From Alphaproteobacteria bacterium (GTDB taxonomy: Bacteria; Pseudomonadota; Alphaproteobacteria; Rhodospirillales; Rhodospirillaceae), in NCBI GenBank assembly GCA_016869315.1, contig VGEM01000001.1:4340-68339 (forward strand): a DNA stretch of 64,000 bases. The letters are read 5' to 3'. Below the pieces are notes generated by a model that saw nothing but the letters and a program-made list of their open reading frames with translations, was not told where the DNA came from and did no database searches. A program made the position numbers and the translations under genes. Positions within the stretch are counted from its first letter, which is position 1. Each line of letters starts with the position of its first letter. Positions 49,972 to 59,942 of this stretch are shown here, piece after piece.

Positions 49972-51762
49972 TTGCCATTTCCACCGACCGCTGCATCTCT
50001 TGCGCGCGCCCTGACGGAGCGCGACTTTATCGACCCGACCGCCGTTCAAAGCGCGGTCCTCGCTCCTGATGTCGCCGATCGTGATCTGCTGGTGTCGGCG
50101 CAAACGGGCTCCGGCAAGACCGTCGCGTTCGGATTGTCCATCGCGGCGACGCTGCTGAATGGCGCGGACAAGCTGGGCCGTGCCGACGATCCGCTCGCGC
50201 TGATCGTCGCACCGACGCGCGAGTTGGCCTTGCAGGTCCAGCGCGAACTCATGTGGCTCTATCGGCATATCGACGCCCGGATTGTCGCCTGCGTCGGCGG
50301 CATGGACCCGCGTGCCGAGAAGCATCTTCTTCGTGCCGGCTGCCATGTCGTGGTCGGGACGCCCGGCAGGCTGCGCGACCATCTCGAGCGCAGCAATCTG
50401 GTGGTCAGCGGCTTGAAGGCCGTCGTGCTGGACGAAGACGACGAGATGCTCGACCTCGGCTTTCGCGAAGACCTTGAGTTCATCCTTGAGACCACGCCAA
50501 AAGGCCGCCGGACGCTGATGTTCTCGGCAACGCTGCCGCGCGACATTATTGGTCTTGCGAAGAAATACCAGAACGACGCCTTTCGCATCGAGGCCACTGG
50601 CGCCGCGCGCGCCCATGCCGACATCGAATACCGCGCCATGCGCATCGCGCCACAAGACTCAGTCCATGCCGTCGTCAATGTGGTGCGCTTTGTCGACTCG
50701 CCGGCAACGCTGGTGTTCTGCAATACGCGCGATGGTGTTCGTCACCTTCATGCAACACTCATCGAACGCGGTTTCTCGGCCGTCTCGTTGTCGGGCGAAT
50801 TGGGCCAGCACGACCGTAACCACGCGCTGCAGGCCCTGCGCGACGGCCGCGCGCGAATCTGTGTTGCCACCGACGTCGCGGCGCGTGGGATCGATCTGCC
50901 CAATCTAGGCTTGGTCATTCATGCCGATCTGCCGCACGACACCGAGACGCTGCAGCATCGCAGCGGGCGTACGGGCCGCGCGGGCCGCAAGGGCGTGAGC
51001 GTTCTGTTGATCACGCCGCAGCACCGGCGCAAGGCTGAGCGCCTGCTCGGGCATGCCAATATCAAGGCCGCGTGGGTCAACCCGCCGACGCCCGATGCCA
51101 TTCGTCAGATCGATAATCAGCGCCTTCTCGAAAGCATTCTATCGGCCGAGGCCGGTGACGCCGATGACCTCGCGCTGGCGAAGCAGCTTCTCGAAAGGCG
51201 CACGGCCGAGGATGTCGCGGGCGCGCTGGTGCGCATTTATCGCGCCCGCTTGCCCGCGCCCGAGGACATGGTCGACACCGCCATTCCAGGCCCGCGCGAA
51301 CCGCGCACCGGCCTCGCCAGCGCGGTGTGGTTCCGGCTCGACCTCGGGCGTCAGCGCAAGGCCGATCCCAAATGGTTGATCCCGGAGATCTGCCGCCAGG
51401 GCGGCATCACCAAGCGCGCCATCGGTGCAATCCGCATTTTCGACGAGGAAACCAAGTTCGAGATCGACGCCGAAACAGCGGACGCGTTCGCCGCCAAAGT
51501 GGCGAAGGTCACGCGCGGCGATATCGTTATCACGAAGTCAGAACCGCCCGCGGGCGGCGGCCATGTCCGTCGCACACCGTCGCACCACGCCAAGTCACGT
51601 CACGCCGACAAGACATACTGGAAGCCGCGCGCCAAGGGTGGACGTGACGACGCGTCGGAACGGGCCGACCGTGGCAAGCCACGCTGGGCGGCGAAGGGTA
51701 AGCACGCTGGAAGACCGGGCGGACTTCAGAAGCAGCAAAAACCGCTGAAGCGCGACAGCTAG
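49972..51762 (+). CDS. DEAD-box ATP-dependent RNA helicase with DbpA-type C-terminal RNA-binding domain and basic tail
   Basis: Q motif PTAVQ, motif I AQTGSGKT, Ia PTRELA, III SAT, VI HRSGRTGRAG. Motif II reads D-E-D-D instead of D-E-A-D (50431-50442). The start at 49972 is TTG. Confidence 0.85.
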   Translation: MPFPPTAASLARALTERDFIDPTAVQSAVLAPDVADRDLLVSAQTGSGKTVAFGLSIAATLLNGADKLGRADDPLALIVAPTRELALQVQRELMWLYRHIDARIVACVGGMDPRAEKHLLRAGCHVVVGTPGRLRDHLERSNLVVSGLKAVVLDEDDEMLDLGFREDLEFILETTPKGRRTLMFSATLPRDIIGLAKKYQNDAFRIEATGAARAHADIEYRAMRIAPQDSVHAVVNVVRFVDSPATLVFCNTRDGVRHLHATLIERGFSAVSLSGELGQHDRNHALQALRDGRARICVATDVAARGIDLPNLGLVIHADLPHDTETLQHRSGRTGRAGRKGVSVLLITPQHRRKAERLLGHANIKAAWVNPPTPDAIRQIDNQRLLESILSAEAGDADDLALAKQLLERRTAEDVAGALVRIYRARLPAPEDMVDTAIPGPREPRTGLASAVWFRLDLGRQRKADPKWLIPEICRQGGITKRAIGAIRIFDEETKFEIDAETADAFAAKVAKVTRGDIVITKSEPPAGGGHVRRTPSHHAKSRHADKTYWKPRAKGGRDDASERADRGKPRWAAKGKHAGRPGGLQKQQKPLKRDS

Positions 51763-51890
51763 CCGGATGCTGTCGCCGGGCGCCGGCAAATTTCCTCTCC
51801 AGGCGCAGTCGCCGCCCGCTGGCAGGCCCGAAAACCATCGTGTAGTCTGCGCGCGCAATCGGGCTGTACGCGGACCTCGGGGGAATTTCG

Positions 51891-52592
51891 ATGACCGATC
51901 TTGGATACGACCTCTTCATCGTTCTGCATCTTCTGGGCTTTGTTTACTGGCTCGGCGGCGACGTCGGCGTGTTTTATTCGAGCGGGTTTGTGGTCAATCC
52001 CAAGTACTCGGTGCAGACGCGGACGGTCGCGGCGAAGATCATGATGGATCTCGATCTGATCCCTCGGATCTGCATGACCTGGATGCTGACCATCGGCGCC
52101 CAGTTGGCCAGCATGCAGGGCGTCGATCACTACCCGGGACAAATGATCGCGCTGTGGGTGCTCTCGCCGCTGTGGTGCTTCATGGTGATTTATATGCACT
52201 TCAGCCACGGCAGCCCGTTGTCCAAAGCCATGGGGCCGATCGACTTCTGGTTAAGGCGCATCTTGATCGCCGGCATTATCGCATCTGTGATCTACACCAT
52301 TGCCACCGGCCGGCTCGATACCACGCCGTGGCTGACAGCAAAGGTCGCACTGTTCGCATATTTGATTTTTGCCGGCGTCATGATCCGCCGTCATCTGCCG
52401 GGCTTCATCGTCGGCCTCACGGCGCTGGCCAAGGGTTCGATCAACGACGACGAAAATGCCCAGATGAACAAGGGGCTGAGCGGCGCACGGCCGTGGGTGC
52501 TATCGATTTGGGTCGTGGTGTTTCTCGAAGCCGTTCTTGGCGTCGTGAAGCCAGGCAATGAGCTGGCGTTGAAATTTGCGGCTTTGTTTTAG
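51891..52592 (+). CDS. hypothetical integral membrane protein
   Basis: 233-aa ORF with about 6 hydrophobic segments. No family recognised. Confidence 0.6.
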   Translation: MTDLGYDLFIVLHLLGFVYWLGGDVGVFYSSGFVVNPKYSVQTRTVAAKIMMDLDLIPRICMTWMLTIGAQLASMQGVDHYPGQMIALWVLSPLWCFMVIYMHFSHGSPLSKAMGPIDFWLRRILIAGIIASVIYTIATGRLDTTPWLTAKVALFAYLIFAGVMIRRHLPGFIVGLTALAKGSINDDENAQMNKGLSGARPWVLSIWVVVFLEAVLGVVKPGNELALKFAALF

Positions 52593-52617
52593 GGAATCAC
52601 CGTCAGGCCTCATTGCT

Positions 52618-53067
52618 TCAAAAGCGCTGTTCAAAAGCGGTTCGGCTGCCGCGTGCAAAGCCGGCCTTTTCGTAGAAGGCGAGCGTGCTTTCCTTTTTGC
52701 TGCCGGTCGACAGGACGACTTTGTAGCAGTTCGCCGCGCGGGCATGGCGCATGGCCGCGGCAAGAATCGTGGTTTCAAAACCCCGCGCCCTGAACTCGGG
52801 GTGCGTCACGACATTCTCGATAACAGTCCAGGGCCGGCCGTTACGGGCGAGATTTGGAACGATCACGAGGGTGCAGGTCGTGACTGCTTGCTCGGCGACC
52901 TCGCCCAGAAACACCGTCACGCCACTTGCATTCAGTATGTCGCGCCAAATCCGAAGCGCCTCCGCGTCAGACAACGCCGGATCTTCGGGCGAGAGAAAGC
53001 GATAGAGGGCGATGATTCGCCCCAGGTCGTCGTGCCGGGCGGGGCGCGTTTGCAGGTCAGGCGGCAT
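52618..53067 (-). CDS. GNAT family N-acetyltransferase
   Basis: 149-aa ORF. ENVVTHPEFRARGFETTILAAAMRHARAANCYKVVLSTG and FYEKAGF are acetyl-CoA-binding motifs A and B. Confidence 0.85.
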   Translation of the reverse strand: MPPDLQTRPARHDDLGRIIALYRFLSPEDPALSDAEALRIWRDILNASGVTVFLGEVAEQAVTTCTLVIVPNLARNGRPWTVIENVVTHPEFRARGFETTILAAAMRHARAANCYKVVLSTGSKKESTLAFYEKAGFARGSRTAFEQRF

Positions 53068-53156
53068 GTTCTAACCGTGAGGTTCGAGTGCTTCGAGGTT
53101 TTTGGCGATCCTTCTTTGAGTGCGATCCGGCGCCAGAGGGCGGTCGTGACGCGGCG

Positions 53157-53564
53157 TCAACTGGATGCCACGAACTCCTCCGGCGACAGGACTGGGATGG
53201 CGAGAAGCGGGAAGTCACGAGGATTGCGCGTGATCAGATGTGTGGCTTTGGACGCGAGCGCGGCCGCGGCTTGAAGGGCATCTTCAAAATCGTTCCAGCC
53301 CAGCGCCAGAGCCTGCGAAAGCACATGGTGGTCGACTGAGGCGGTCTCAACGAGATTCAGCAGATCAACGATAGCCGCCCGCGCTTTGTCCTTGCTGAGA
53401 TGTTTGGCCAAGAGATAGTAGATCGTGGTGACGCTGTGCGCGGCGACCACTCCCACGACTCGTGGCTTGTCGATCACGGCAAGAACGCGCGCGCTGGCCC
53501 TCCAATGTGGCTCCCGCTTTGCCAACACGTCGAGCAAGACGTTGGCATCGAGAAACAGTCTCAC
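53157..53564 (-). CDS. vapC: type II toxin VapC (PIN domain ribonuclease)
   Basis: MRLFLDANVLLDVL (first acidic residue), FEDALQ, and ITRNPRDF near the C-terminus. Four-base overlap with the upstream antitoxin gene. Confidence 0.85.
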   Translation of the reverse strand: MRLFLDANVLLDVLAKREPHWRASARVLAVIDKPRVVGVVAAHSVTTIYYLLAKHLSKDKARAAIVDLLNLVETASVDHHVLSQALALGWNDFEDALQAAAALASKATHLITRNPRDFPLLAIPVLSPEEFVASS

Positions 53565-53797
53565 AGCCGATACTTTCGCCGCAGATGGCGGCGATGATCC
53601 TCGACCGATGCCGTGCCTGGCAGGATGCCGGCGAGAGCCTTGATCGACGACGGAAGATCGCTCGGCGCTTCCTCAGGCAATCGATCGAACATCTGCGATA
53701 CAAGTCGAGAGACGCTGGTCCCGTGACGCTTGCTGTATCGTTTCGCCCGCGCGGCGGCGGCCCGATCGACCAGCAGCGTCAATTTGGTGGATGCCAT
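53561..53797 (-). CDS. type II antitoxin partner of VapC
   Basis: Start MASTKLTLLVDRAAAARAKRYSKRHGTSVSRLV (ATG 53797), 78 aa. The RHH/DUF6364-like N-terminus is followed by a toxin-binding tail. The longer ORF-track start (53887) runs into the promoter. Confidence 0.7.
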   Translation of the reverse strand: MASTKLTLLVDRAAAARAKRYSKRHGTSVSRLVSQMFDRLPEEAPSDLPSSIKALAGILPGTASVEDHRRHLRRKYRL

Positions 53798-53806
53798 GGC
53801 ACGGCC

Positions 53807-53842
53807 TGTATACGTATAATGCGATACGATATCATACGTACA
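53807..53842. promoter_or_regulatory. AT-rich promoter/operator region of the vapBC module
   Basis: TGTATACGTATAATGCGATACGATATCATACGTACA has three ATACG repeats (53810, 53824, 53834). It also has an ACGTAT/ATACGT inverted repeat and a GATA-CGA-TATC mini-palindrome. It lies 10-45 bp upstream of the antitoxin ATG. Confidence 0.45.
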
Positions 53843-53871
53843 GGCGCGCATGACGGCAAGGGGTTCAGAAC

Positions 53872-54489
53872 GTGACCATCCGCGCACTTTTGGTAGATGC
53901 GGACGGCGTGATTCAGCACGCCACCCAGGACTGGTCGTTGGGGTTCGAACCGCTGCTTGCCCCGGAATAGCGCGACCGTGTTCAGCAATTCACAACCGAT
54001 ATCTTCGCGGCCGAGAGCAAATTTCTCGTCCGACCGCATGGCTTTATGGATGAACTCACAGCCACTCTGCAGAAGTTGGGACTGTCAGAAAAAGCGGCCG
54101 ACGTTCTCGATGTCATGCTGTCGATCAATGTCTATGACGATCACATTGCAGTTTTTCAGGAGCTGCGACGTCGGGGAGTCGTTTGCCACGTTGCCAGTAA
54201 TCAGCAGGCCGCGCGCGCGCAGTTCATGTCCGAGACCTTGGACTACCAATCATTGTTCGACGGCGCGTTCTATTCCTGTTTTGTCGGCGCCGCGAAACCA
54301 GATGAAGCGTTCTTTCGTCGGGCCCTCGCCGCACTCCGATATAATGCCGCGTCCGTGTTGTTCATCGATGATCGCGAAGCCAACGTGGCGGCGGCGCGGG
54401 CGGTTGGGCTAAAGGCCGCCCAATTTGATGGGGCGAACGGCGTGACTAATCTCATGGACCGCGAGCACGATCGTGGCGCCACCGGATGA
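53872..54489 (+). pseudogene. HAD-superfamily hydrolase (subfamily IA-like) with in-frame TAG
   Basis: GTG 53872 reads VTIRALLVDADGVIQHATQDW...LLAPE (motif I DxDG). TAG follows at 53968-53970. The same frame continues into ORF 54046-54489 with motif II (VASNQ), K (AAKPD) and motif IV (FIDDREANV). Confidence 0.7.
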
Positions 54490-55056
54490 AAGCGACAATC
54501 GCCCGTGCGCTAGATCGGTTGCCCGGATCGCCCGCGCCTCGGCGCCGCGCCGTTCGATCGCTCGATTGGCCATAAATCCGCAGATCAACAGGATGTAGGT
54601 GAATGCGTCCTTGGTGAATTCGTATACAAGGCTCGCCGGCGCCAGCAGGTCAAATTCGTACTCGTAGCCGACAATAGCCGGAAACAGCGCAATACGCGTA
54701 CTCCACATCAGTGCAACGTGGATGAGCGAAAACGCGACACACGCCAATACATGGCTGGCAAACGCAATGCGCCACGCGCCGGCAGTCAGCGGGGCTCGAT
54801 CCACGACCAGCCGCAAGCCCTGCACAAGCGCCAGAATGGCGCCATGGGACGTCGCTTCCAGCGTCCAGACATGGGCGAGGCTCAGACCCAAACCGGCACG
54901 GGATGCTTCCGTCGCTTCGGTCATGCCTTGAGTTACCAAAGAAGCGGCGATCAAGAGCGCGGCCATCCACAACGTGCGCCGATCCGCCTGGCGATCAGCC
55001 TCGCTGTGCAGTGGGCTCAATAGTGGAGAGGGCATGGAATTGAACGAATCGGGCAT
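54409..55056 (-). pseudogene. membrane-sensor LytTR-family regulator, truncated within the LytTR domain
   Basis: A four-TM N-terminal domain is followed by the start of a LytTR domain (GRLSLSSGGATIVLAVHEI). The expected DWIEAAGNYV... continuation is absent. The ORF ends 81 bp inside the convergent HAD gene. Confidence 0.45.
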
Positions 55057-55219
55057 AGCGTGAGACTAGGCCGCGAAGCCCCGGCCATCCATAGCTCCCC
55101 GCCGCTGGTCACGGCAGGCCGCCGCCGGTCAATGGCGCCGTGACAAACCGCGAGGGGTTGGGCACGTAGTCCGCCCACAATCGAATACCACCATCGAATC
55201 AGGAACAATCGTTGAGAAC

Positions 55220-55858
55220 ATGAAAACTTTGAACACTTTTCCGAAAATCCCTGCAGGCATCGCTTTTGCCATGTCGATCGCCTCGCCGCTTGCGGCCGCC
55301 GACCCGCACTTTGACGGACCTTATGTCGGCCTCGACGCCGCGCGCCAGAACACAATTGCCGGTGCCTTGGTGGCGGGAATTGACACCCTTGCGCAGTCAA
55401 CCCGAAGCGTCGCCTCGATCAATGCCGGTTATCGGATGGCTTTTTCAGGCGGTGTCGTGGCGGGCGTGGAAAGGAACTATGGCCTCACCGACGGCGATCT
55501 GAAGCTCGACGACACCGCTAACAGGCTCACGATCGATTATGCCAATAGCCGTCAGTATGGCTTTGGCATTCAGGGTGGATATGCCTTCGGCGCCGAGTCC
55601 GGGACTCTTGTTTTCGCATATCTGTCCGAAACCAAGCGCAGCTTCGATGTGACGATTCGCAGGCCGCTTGGCGTTGGAACTCAGCGGGACAAGCAGCGCC
55701 TGTTGCGATATGGCGTGGGTCTCGAGCAGCAGGTTTCCGGTGCTTTTTCCATCCGTGGGCTGATCGGGCTCTCGCGGGCAGACTTCGGCAGTCGGCGAAC
55801 CAACATCGACCCCAGCGACAAAGTCGACCTTGCCTTCGGCGTAGCTTATCAGTTCTGA
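55220..55858 (+). CDS. outer-membrane beta-barrel protein (OmpA-like/porin family 8-strand type)
   Basis: Signal peptide ending SPLAAADP. Alternating beta-strand pattern with a C-terminal ...DLAFGVAYQF. Confidence 0.7.
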   Translation: MKTLNTFPKIPAGIAFAMSIASPLAAADPHFDGPYVGLDAARQNTIAGALVAGIDTLAQSTRSVASINAGYRMAFSGGVVAGVERNYGLTDGDLKLDDTANRLTIDYANSRQYGFGIQGGYAFGAESGTLVFAYLSETKRSFDVTIRRPLGVGTQRDKQRLLRYGVGLEQQVSGAFSIRGLIGLSRADFGSRRTNIDPSDKVDLAFGVAYQF

Positions 55859-56158
55859 AGCGAACCGCCGGTTTCCAATCCGCTCGATCGTTTGCGGCTG
55901 GGTTCCGCCCTGTTGCAACAAAACGATCAACTGTTGCCGGCATGGCGCCGAAGGGGATCGAGCAGATCGTGCCTCAGAATTTCCGTGCCCAGCGGCCGGG
56001 CGGCGCCCGCATCGTGACCGCAGCACGCCCGGTGTAACACGCCGACAAACGTGCGCCCTCAGCGGCCAGGAGGCGAGATCGCTTCCTGACCGCTTTCTTT
56101 GTAACCTCACACCCCGAACGCACGGTCACGCGACAACAAGCGACAGAGGAGAGATGAC

Positions 56159-57037
56159 ATGCTGGGTGAAATCATTGCCGTCACGATTTCGGTCGCGAGC
56201 CTTGGGCCAATGGAGCGGGCCTACGGCGACCACCTCGACTACTCGGTCGTCGCCCGCGGGAAAGTCGCAGCGCCCGTCGCCGAAGCGTGGGATGCGCCTC
56301 AGGTGGCGGGCAACGACTACATCCTGATGCGCCCCGAAAGCGGCGCACCGCACGATCTCCGATTTGTCGTCACCGCGCCCTATCCCGAGTACCAGCACAT
56401 GCGCTCGACCGGTTGGAACGCGGCCGAACTTCTGGTTCAGGATCCGGACGCCCTGGCCGAGAAACTCAAAGATTCTGCGTTTCGAATCGTCGGACCGCCA
56501 CGCGCGCTCTCCAGCGGCAACACCAAGGCGATGCAGGTGGTGGGCCCGGCCGGCGAGCTCCTGTACCTCACCAATCCTGAAGGTGCCGGAAACGAGGCCA
56601 AGTCGTTTGTCGATCGCGTCTTCATTGTCATCAATGGCGCCAAGGATTTGAACCAGCTTATTGGCTTCTATCGCGACAAGATGGGCAGCAAAGTGGGCGA
56701 GCCCTTTCCGATCAGGCTCAGCGTGCTGAACCGGGCTTATGGTTTTGATGTCGAGCGCAGGCACCCGATCACGGTGGCGCGGCTCGGCGGCACGCCCTTC
56801 AGCGTCGAGCTCGATCAGTTTCCGCCGGAAGCCACCGCGCGCGACGGCCGGCCCAACGACCTGCCGCCCGGCATTTCGATGATCAGCTTTGCGGTCGAGA
56901 GCCTGGAGGCGGTCAAGGAACCCTTCATCCATCCGCCGGTAACGGTCGCCGATGCGCCCTACAACGGGCGCCGTGCCGCCGTGATCAAGGGGCCAAGCGG
57001 CGAGCTGATGGAGCTGATCGAAACAGGCAAGCGTTGA
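56159..57037 (+). CDS. two-domain VOC/glyoxalase-like protein (tentative)
   Basis: 292-aa ORF. The repeated beta-alpha-beta-beta-beta-like halves and the GPAGELLYLTNPEG and GPSGELMELIE blocks resemble VOC-family termini. Weak call. Confidence 0.4.
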   Translation: MLGEIIAVTISVASLGPMERAYGDHLDYSVVARGKVAAPVAEAWDAPQVAGNDYILMRPESGAPHDLRFVVTAPYPEYQHMRSTGWNAAELLVQDPDALAEKLKDSAFRIVGPPRALSSGNTKAMQVVGPAGELLYLTNPEGAGNEAKSFVDRVFIVINGAKDLNQLIGFYRDKMGSKVGEPFPIRLSVLNRAYGFDVERRHPITVARLGGTPFSVELDQFPPEATARDGRPNDLPPGISMISFAVESLEAVKEPFIHPPVTVADAPYNGRRAAVIKGPSGELMELIETGKR

Positions 57038-57048
57038 GATCGGAGTGG

Positions 57049-57193
57049 TTTAGGTGTCAGACACGTAAGCCACGCATTCTCGCGCCCCGCGCCGGCGATG
57101 CGCGGAATCCTGCAACATCTGCTTGTTCATTCGCGCCAGGGCGGGAATGTCGTCCGCGGTGGCTGGTCGAAACCCGAGAGTCCCCATCGCCAT
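57049..57193 (-). pseudogene. N-terminal relic of a GNAT acetyltransferase
   Basis: MAMGTLGFRPATADDIPALARMNKQMLQDSAHRRRGARECVAYVSDT* is a typical GNAT opening followed by an early stop. A shifted frame reads ARMRGL. The rest of the gene is missing (the VOC-like gene ends at 57037). Confidence 0.35.
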
Positions 57194-57200
57194 GTCGCGC

Positions 57201-58304
57201 CTATTGCGTCTTCTCGGGTGTCACCCTTAACAGCAGGCCATTGGTCGGGTGATCGGTCAGCACGTAAAGTGCACCGTCAGGGCCGAAGGCGACGTCGCGG
57301 ATGCGGCGTTTTTGGTCGGCGAACAACGTCTCCTGCTCAATCACTTTTGCGCCCTCGACCTTGACCCGCATGATGCGCTGGCCGGACAGCGCACCGACGA
57401 TGAGATCGCCCTCCCACGCGGGCCATTGGCAGCTACGGCATTGAGTCATGCCCGAGGGTGCGATCGACGGGGTCCAATGGAGGATGGGTTGCTCCGTGCC
57501 CGGGAACTCCTGGAACGGCGACACGTAGGCGCCGGAGTAATCCATGCCATAGGTGGCGAGCGGCCAACCGTAGTTCGCGCCCGGCTTCAGCAGGTTGATC
57601 TCGTCGCCGCCATAAGGACCGTTTTCGTTGGCGTAGATGATGCGCTGAACCGGGTCGTAGACGGCGCCGATCATGTGGCGATGGCCATAGGTGTAGATCT
57701 CGGGCCGTTTGTCGGAAGCGTTGGCGAAGGGATTGTCGGTCGGTACTTTGCCGTCCTTGTAGATCCTGATGAATTTACCGAGAAGTGAGTCAAGCCGTTG
57801 CGCCTTGGCGCGGGTATCGCCGCCGTCGGCAATCGACATCAACAACGTGCCGTCGCCGAGGAACGTCAGGTAGCCGGCCCACAGCCTCTCGTCGGCATTG
57901 GTCGGTTCGATTTCAAGAATTGTCTGAAGATTTTCGAGAGCCCCCTCGCCCACCTTGGCTTTGGCGACCACCAGTGGCCACGGTTCGCGATCACCGGCCG
58001 CATATGAGAGGAAAATCTCTGATGTTGTGGCGAAATCAGGATCAACGACGATATTGGCCAGGCCGCCCAACTGGGTCGCGAAAATTTTGGGCGCGTTGGC
58101 GAGGGGCGTCTGATGCAGGCGACCGTCGCGAAACACCAGGATGCGACCAGCTTTTTCGCCGATCAGGGCGTCGCCGTTGGGCAGCATCGCCAAGGTGTGG
58201 GGCGCTTTGAGATCGCCGGCGAGCGTCTCGACCTTAAGCGGTGACGCGGCCGACGCGACATGGACTGCCGCAATCAATCCGGCGATGGCGGACGCTGCGA
58301 TCAT
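57201..58304 (-). CDS. PQQ-dependent sugar dehydrogenase (soluble aldose/sorbosone dehydrogenase, YliI-like)
   Basis: Signal peptide. Motifs GHRHMIGAVYDP, NENGPYGGDEINLLKPGANYGWP and RIRDVAFGPDGALYVLTD. Confidence 0.85.
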   Translation of the reverse strand: MIAASAIAGLIAAVHVASAASPLKVETLAGDLKAPHTLAMLPNGDALIGEKAGRILVFRDGRLHQTPLANAPKIFATQLGGLANIVVDPDFATTSEIFLSYAAGDREPWPLVVAKAKVGEGALENLQTILEIEPTNADERLWAGYLTFLGDGTLLMSIADGGDTRAKAQRLDSLLGKFIRIYKDGKVPTDNPFANASDKRPEIYTYGHRHMIGAVYDPVQRIIYANENGPYGGDEINLLKPGANYGWPLATYGMDYSGAYVSPFQEFPGTEQPILHWTPSIAPSGMTQCRSCQWPAWEGDLIVGALSGQRIMRVKVEGAKVIEQETLFADQKRRIRDVAFGPDGALYVLTDHPTNGLLLRVTPEKTQ

Positions 58305-58774
58305 GGTGCGGGTGATTCCGTGCGACGGATAACCGCGGCGAATGCGAGCCCGGCGAGAATTCCGGCGACGACCTGGGCGGCCATGCCGTCGAGGCCCCGG
58401 GTTCCGGCAAAGAGAGTGTTGGGGGCATTGACGTTGATGATCTCGATCATGGCGACAAGCCCGACCGCCCCGGCAACGCCGGCGACCAGCGCGAGCGGTA
58501 ATTTGATAAATCGTGCGACGGCCATTGCCGCGGGAAAGGCGATCAAAAACGCAACTGCCAGATTGGCGCCGTACCAGACGTACTTTCCGCCAAACGCCAG
58601 CCCCTTCAGATCATGGGCGATGACGGTGAACCACGTGCCGGCGCTCAGCTCGGCGCCCATCGAGGCAAGCTCGCGCAGAACAAAAATCGACTGCGCGACG
58701 GCGCCGAGGCCATAACCGATCAGCGTGCCGATCAGCCAGGCCGCCGCAAACCGCGCGGCTACGCGAGCCATCAC
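58301..58774 (-). CDS. hypothetical integral membrane protein
   Basis: 157-aa ORF with 4-5 TM segments. Four-base overlaps with both neighbours suggest translational coupling in a minus-strand operon. Confidence 0.55.
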   Translation of the reverse strand: MMARVAARFAAAWLIGTLIGYGLGAVAQSIFVLRELASMGAELSAGTWFTVIAHDLKGLAFGGKYVWYGANLAVAFLIAFPAAMAVARFIKLPLALVAGVAGAVGLVAMIEIINVNAPNTLFAGTRGLDGMAAQVVAGILAGLAFAAVIRRTESPAP

Positions 58775-59804
58775 GCCGCCGGCACCGCGCGCATCGCCGG
58801 TAGCGGCAGATGACGCGCGCCGAACAGAACCACGATTGGGATCACCATCAACCAGGCGTGCATGAACCAGAAATCGGCGCCGGACATTTCGCCGAGCAGG
58901 CCTCCCAAATAACCGACAAACATGTTGTCGAGAAACAGATGGAGATAGTAGGTGGCGATGAGCCGGCCGCCGTAACCTTTTGGCGCCGACCGTGAATTAA
59001 GCGCGAGACCGACCGGCAGTACGTTGGCGAAGCCGAGATCGTTGACGAAGTGAAACGCCATCGCCCAGACAATCGACACCGGCTGACCGGTCGACGCGGT
59101 GACCATCGAGGCAACGCCCAGGATCGCCGGCGCTCGGCCGGAAAGCTCGGACGACCCAGCAGATAAATCACGAGGCCAATCACCATCCCGACACCGGCGG
59201 CGCCAAAGCCCCAGTGCCAGCCAACGGTCTGACCCAGCGTGCCGCAGATGAGCGGCGAGATGATCACCGCGATCTGAATGCCGAGATAGTAGATTTGAAA
59301 CGCCGTAGCACGGCGCGGATCACCGATACGATATAGCTCGCCAACTTGAGCCGCGATGTTGCCCTTGAAACAACCAACGCCCAGAAGCAGCGCCAGTAAT
59401 GCGAACAGAAAGCTGACTTCGAAGGCCATCAGGAAGTGGCCGATGGCCATCAGGCTGGCGCCGATGGTCACGGTCGCCGTGCGGCCGAGAACGCGATCCG
59501 CCAGCCAGCTGCCGGCCAAGGGCGTGACATAGACGAACCCCGCATAGAAACCGTAAGTGGCAGAGGCAAGCGCTTGGCCCGACAGCGCATTGCCGTTGAT
59601 CGCTTCAAGCAGCTTCTGAAACCAGGCGAACCCAAGAACATTGCCCTGGTGCTCGGGCAGCAGCAGGTACTGCGTCATATAAAGGACAAGCAGCGCCTGC
59701 ATGCCGTAGTAGGAAAACCGCTCCCAGAACTCGGCGGCCGAGAGCCAACCAAGGCCAATGGGATGGCCAAGGAAGGCGGTGTCGCTCATTTTTGGTGTGC
59801 TCAT
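58771..59804 (-). pseudogene. POT/PTR2 family di-/tripeptide:proton symporter with internal deletion and frame change
   Basis: ORF 58848-59804 encodes TM1-6 (FWERFSYYGMQALLVLYM, GWHWGFGAAGVGMVIGLVIYLLGRP) and then runs into Arg-rich nonsense. ORF 58771-59106, in another frame, encodes the last helices (VSIVWAMAFHFVNDLGFANVLPVGLALNSRSAPKGYGG...). The total is about 344 codons against an expected length of about 480-500. Confidence 0.7.
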
Positions 59805-59906
59805 CGCGATATGAGGTTTTCGCTCAGGACATGTGCCGAATGGATACTACGGACAGGGATCTAGGCCCGGCTAGCCAAAAATGTCGATGGCGCAGACTTG
59901 CATGAA

Positions 59907-59921
59907 TACTGATTATCAGTA
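59907..59921. promoter_or_regulatory. 15-bp perfect palindrome TACTGAT-T-ATCAGTA upstream of brnT
   Basis: Seen directly, 22 bp upstream of the brnT ATG. Plausible BrnA operator. Confidence 0.45.
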
Positions 59922-59942
59922 GTATGGGATCAGGCCGCCGCA

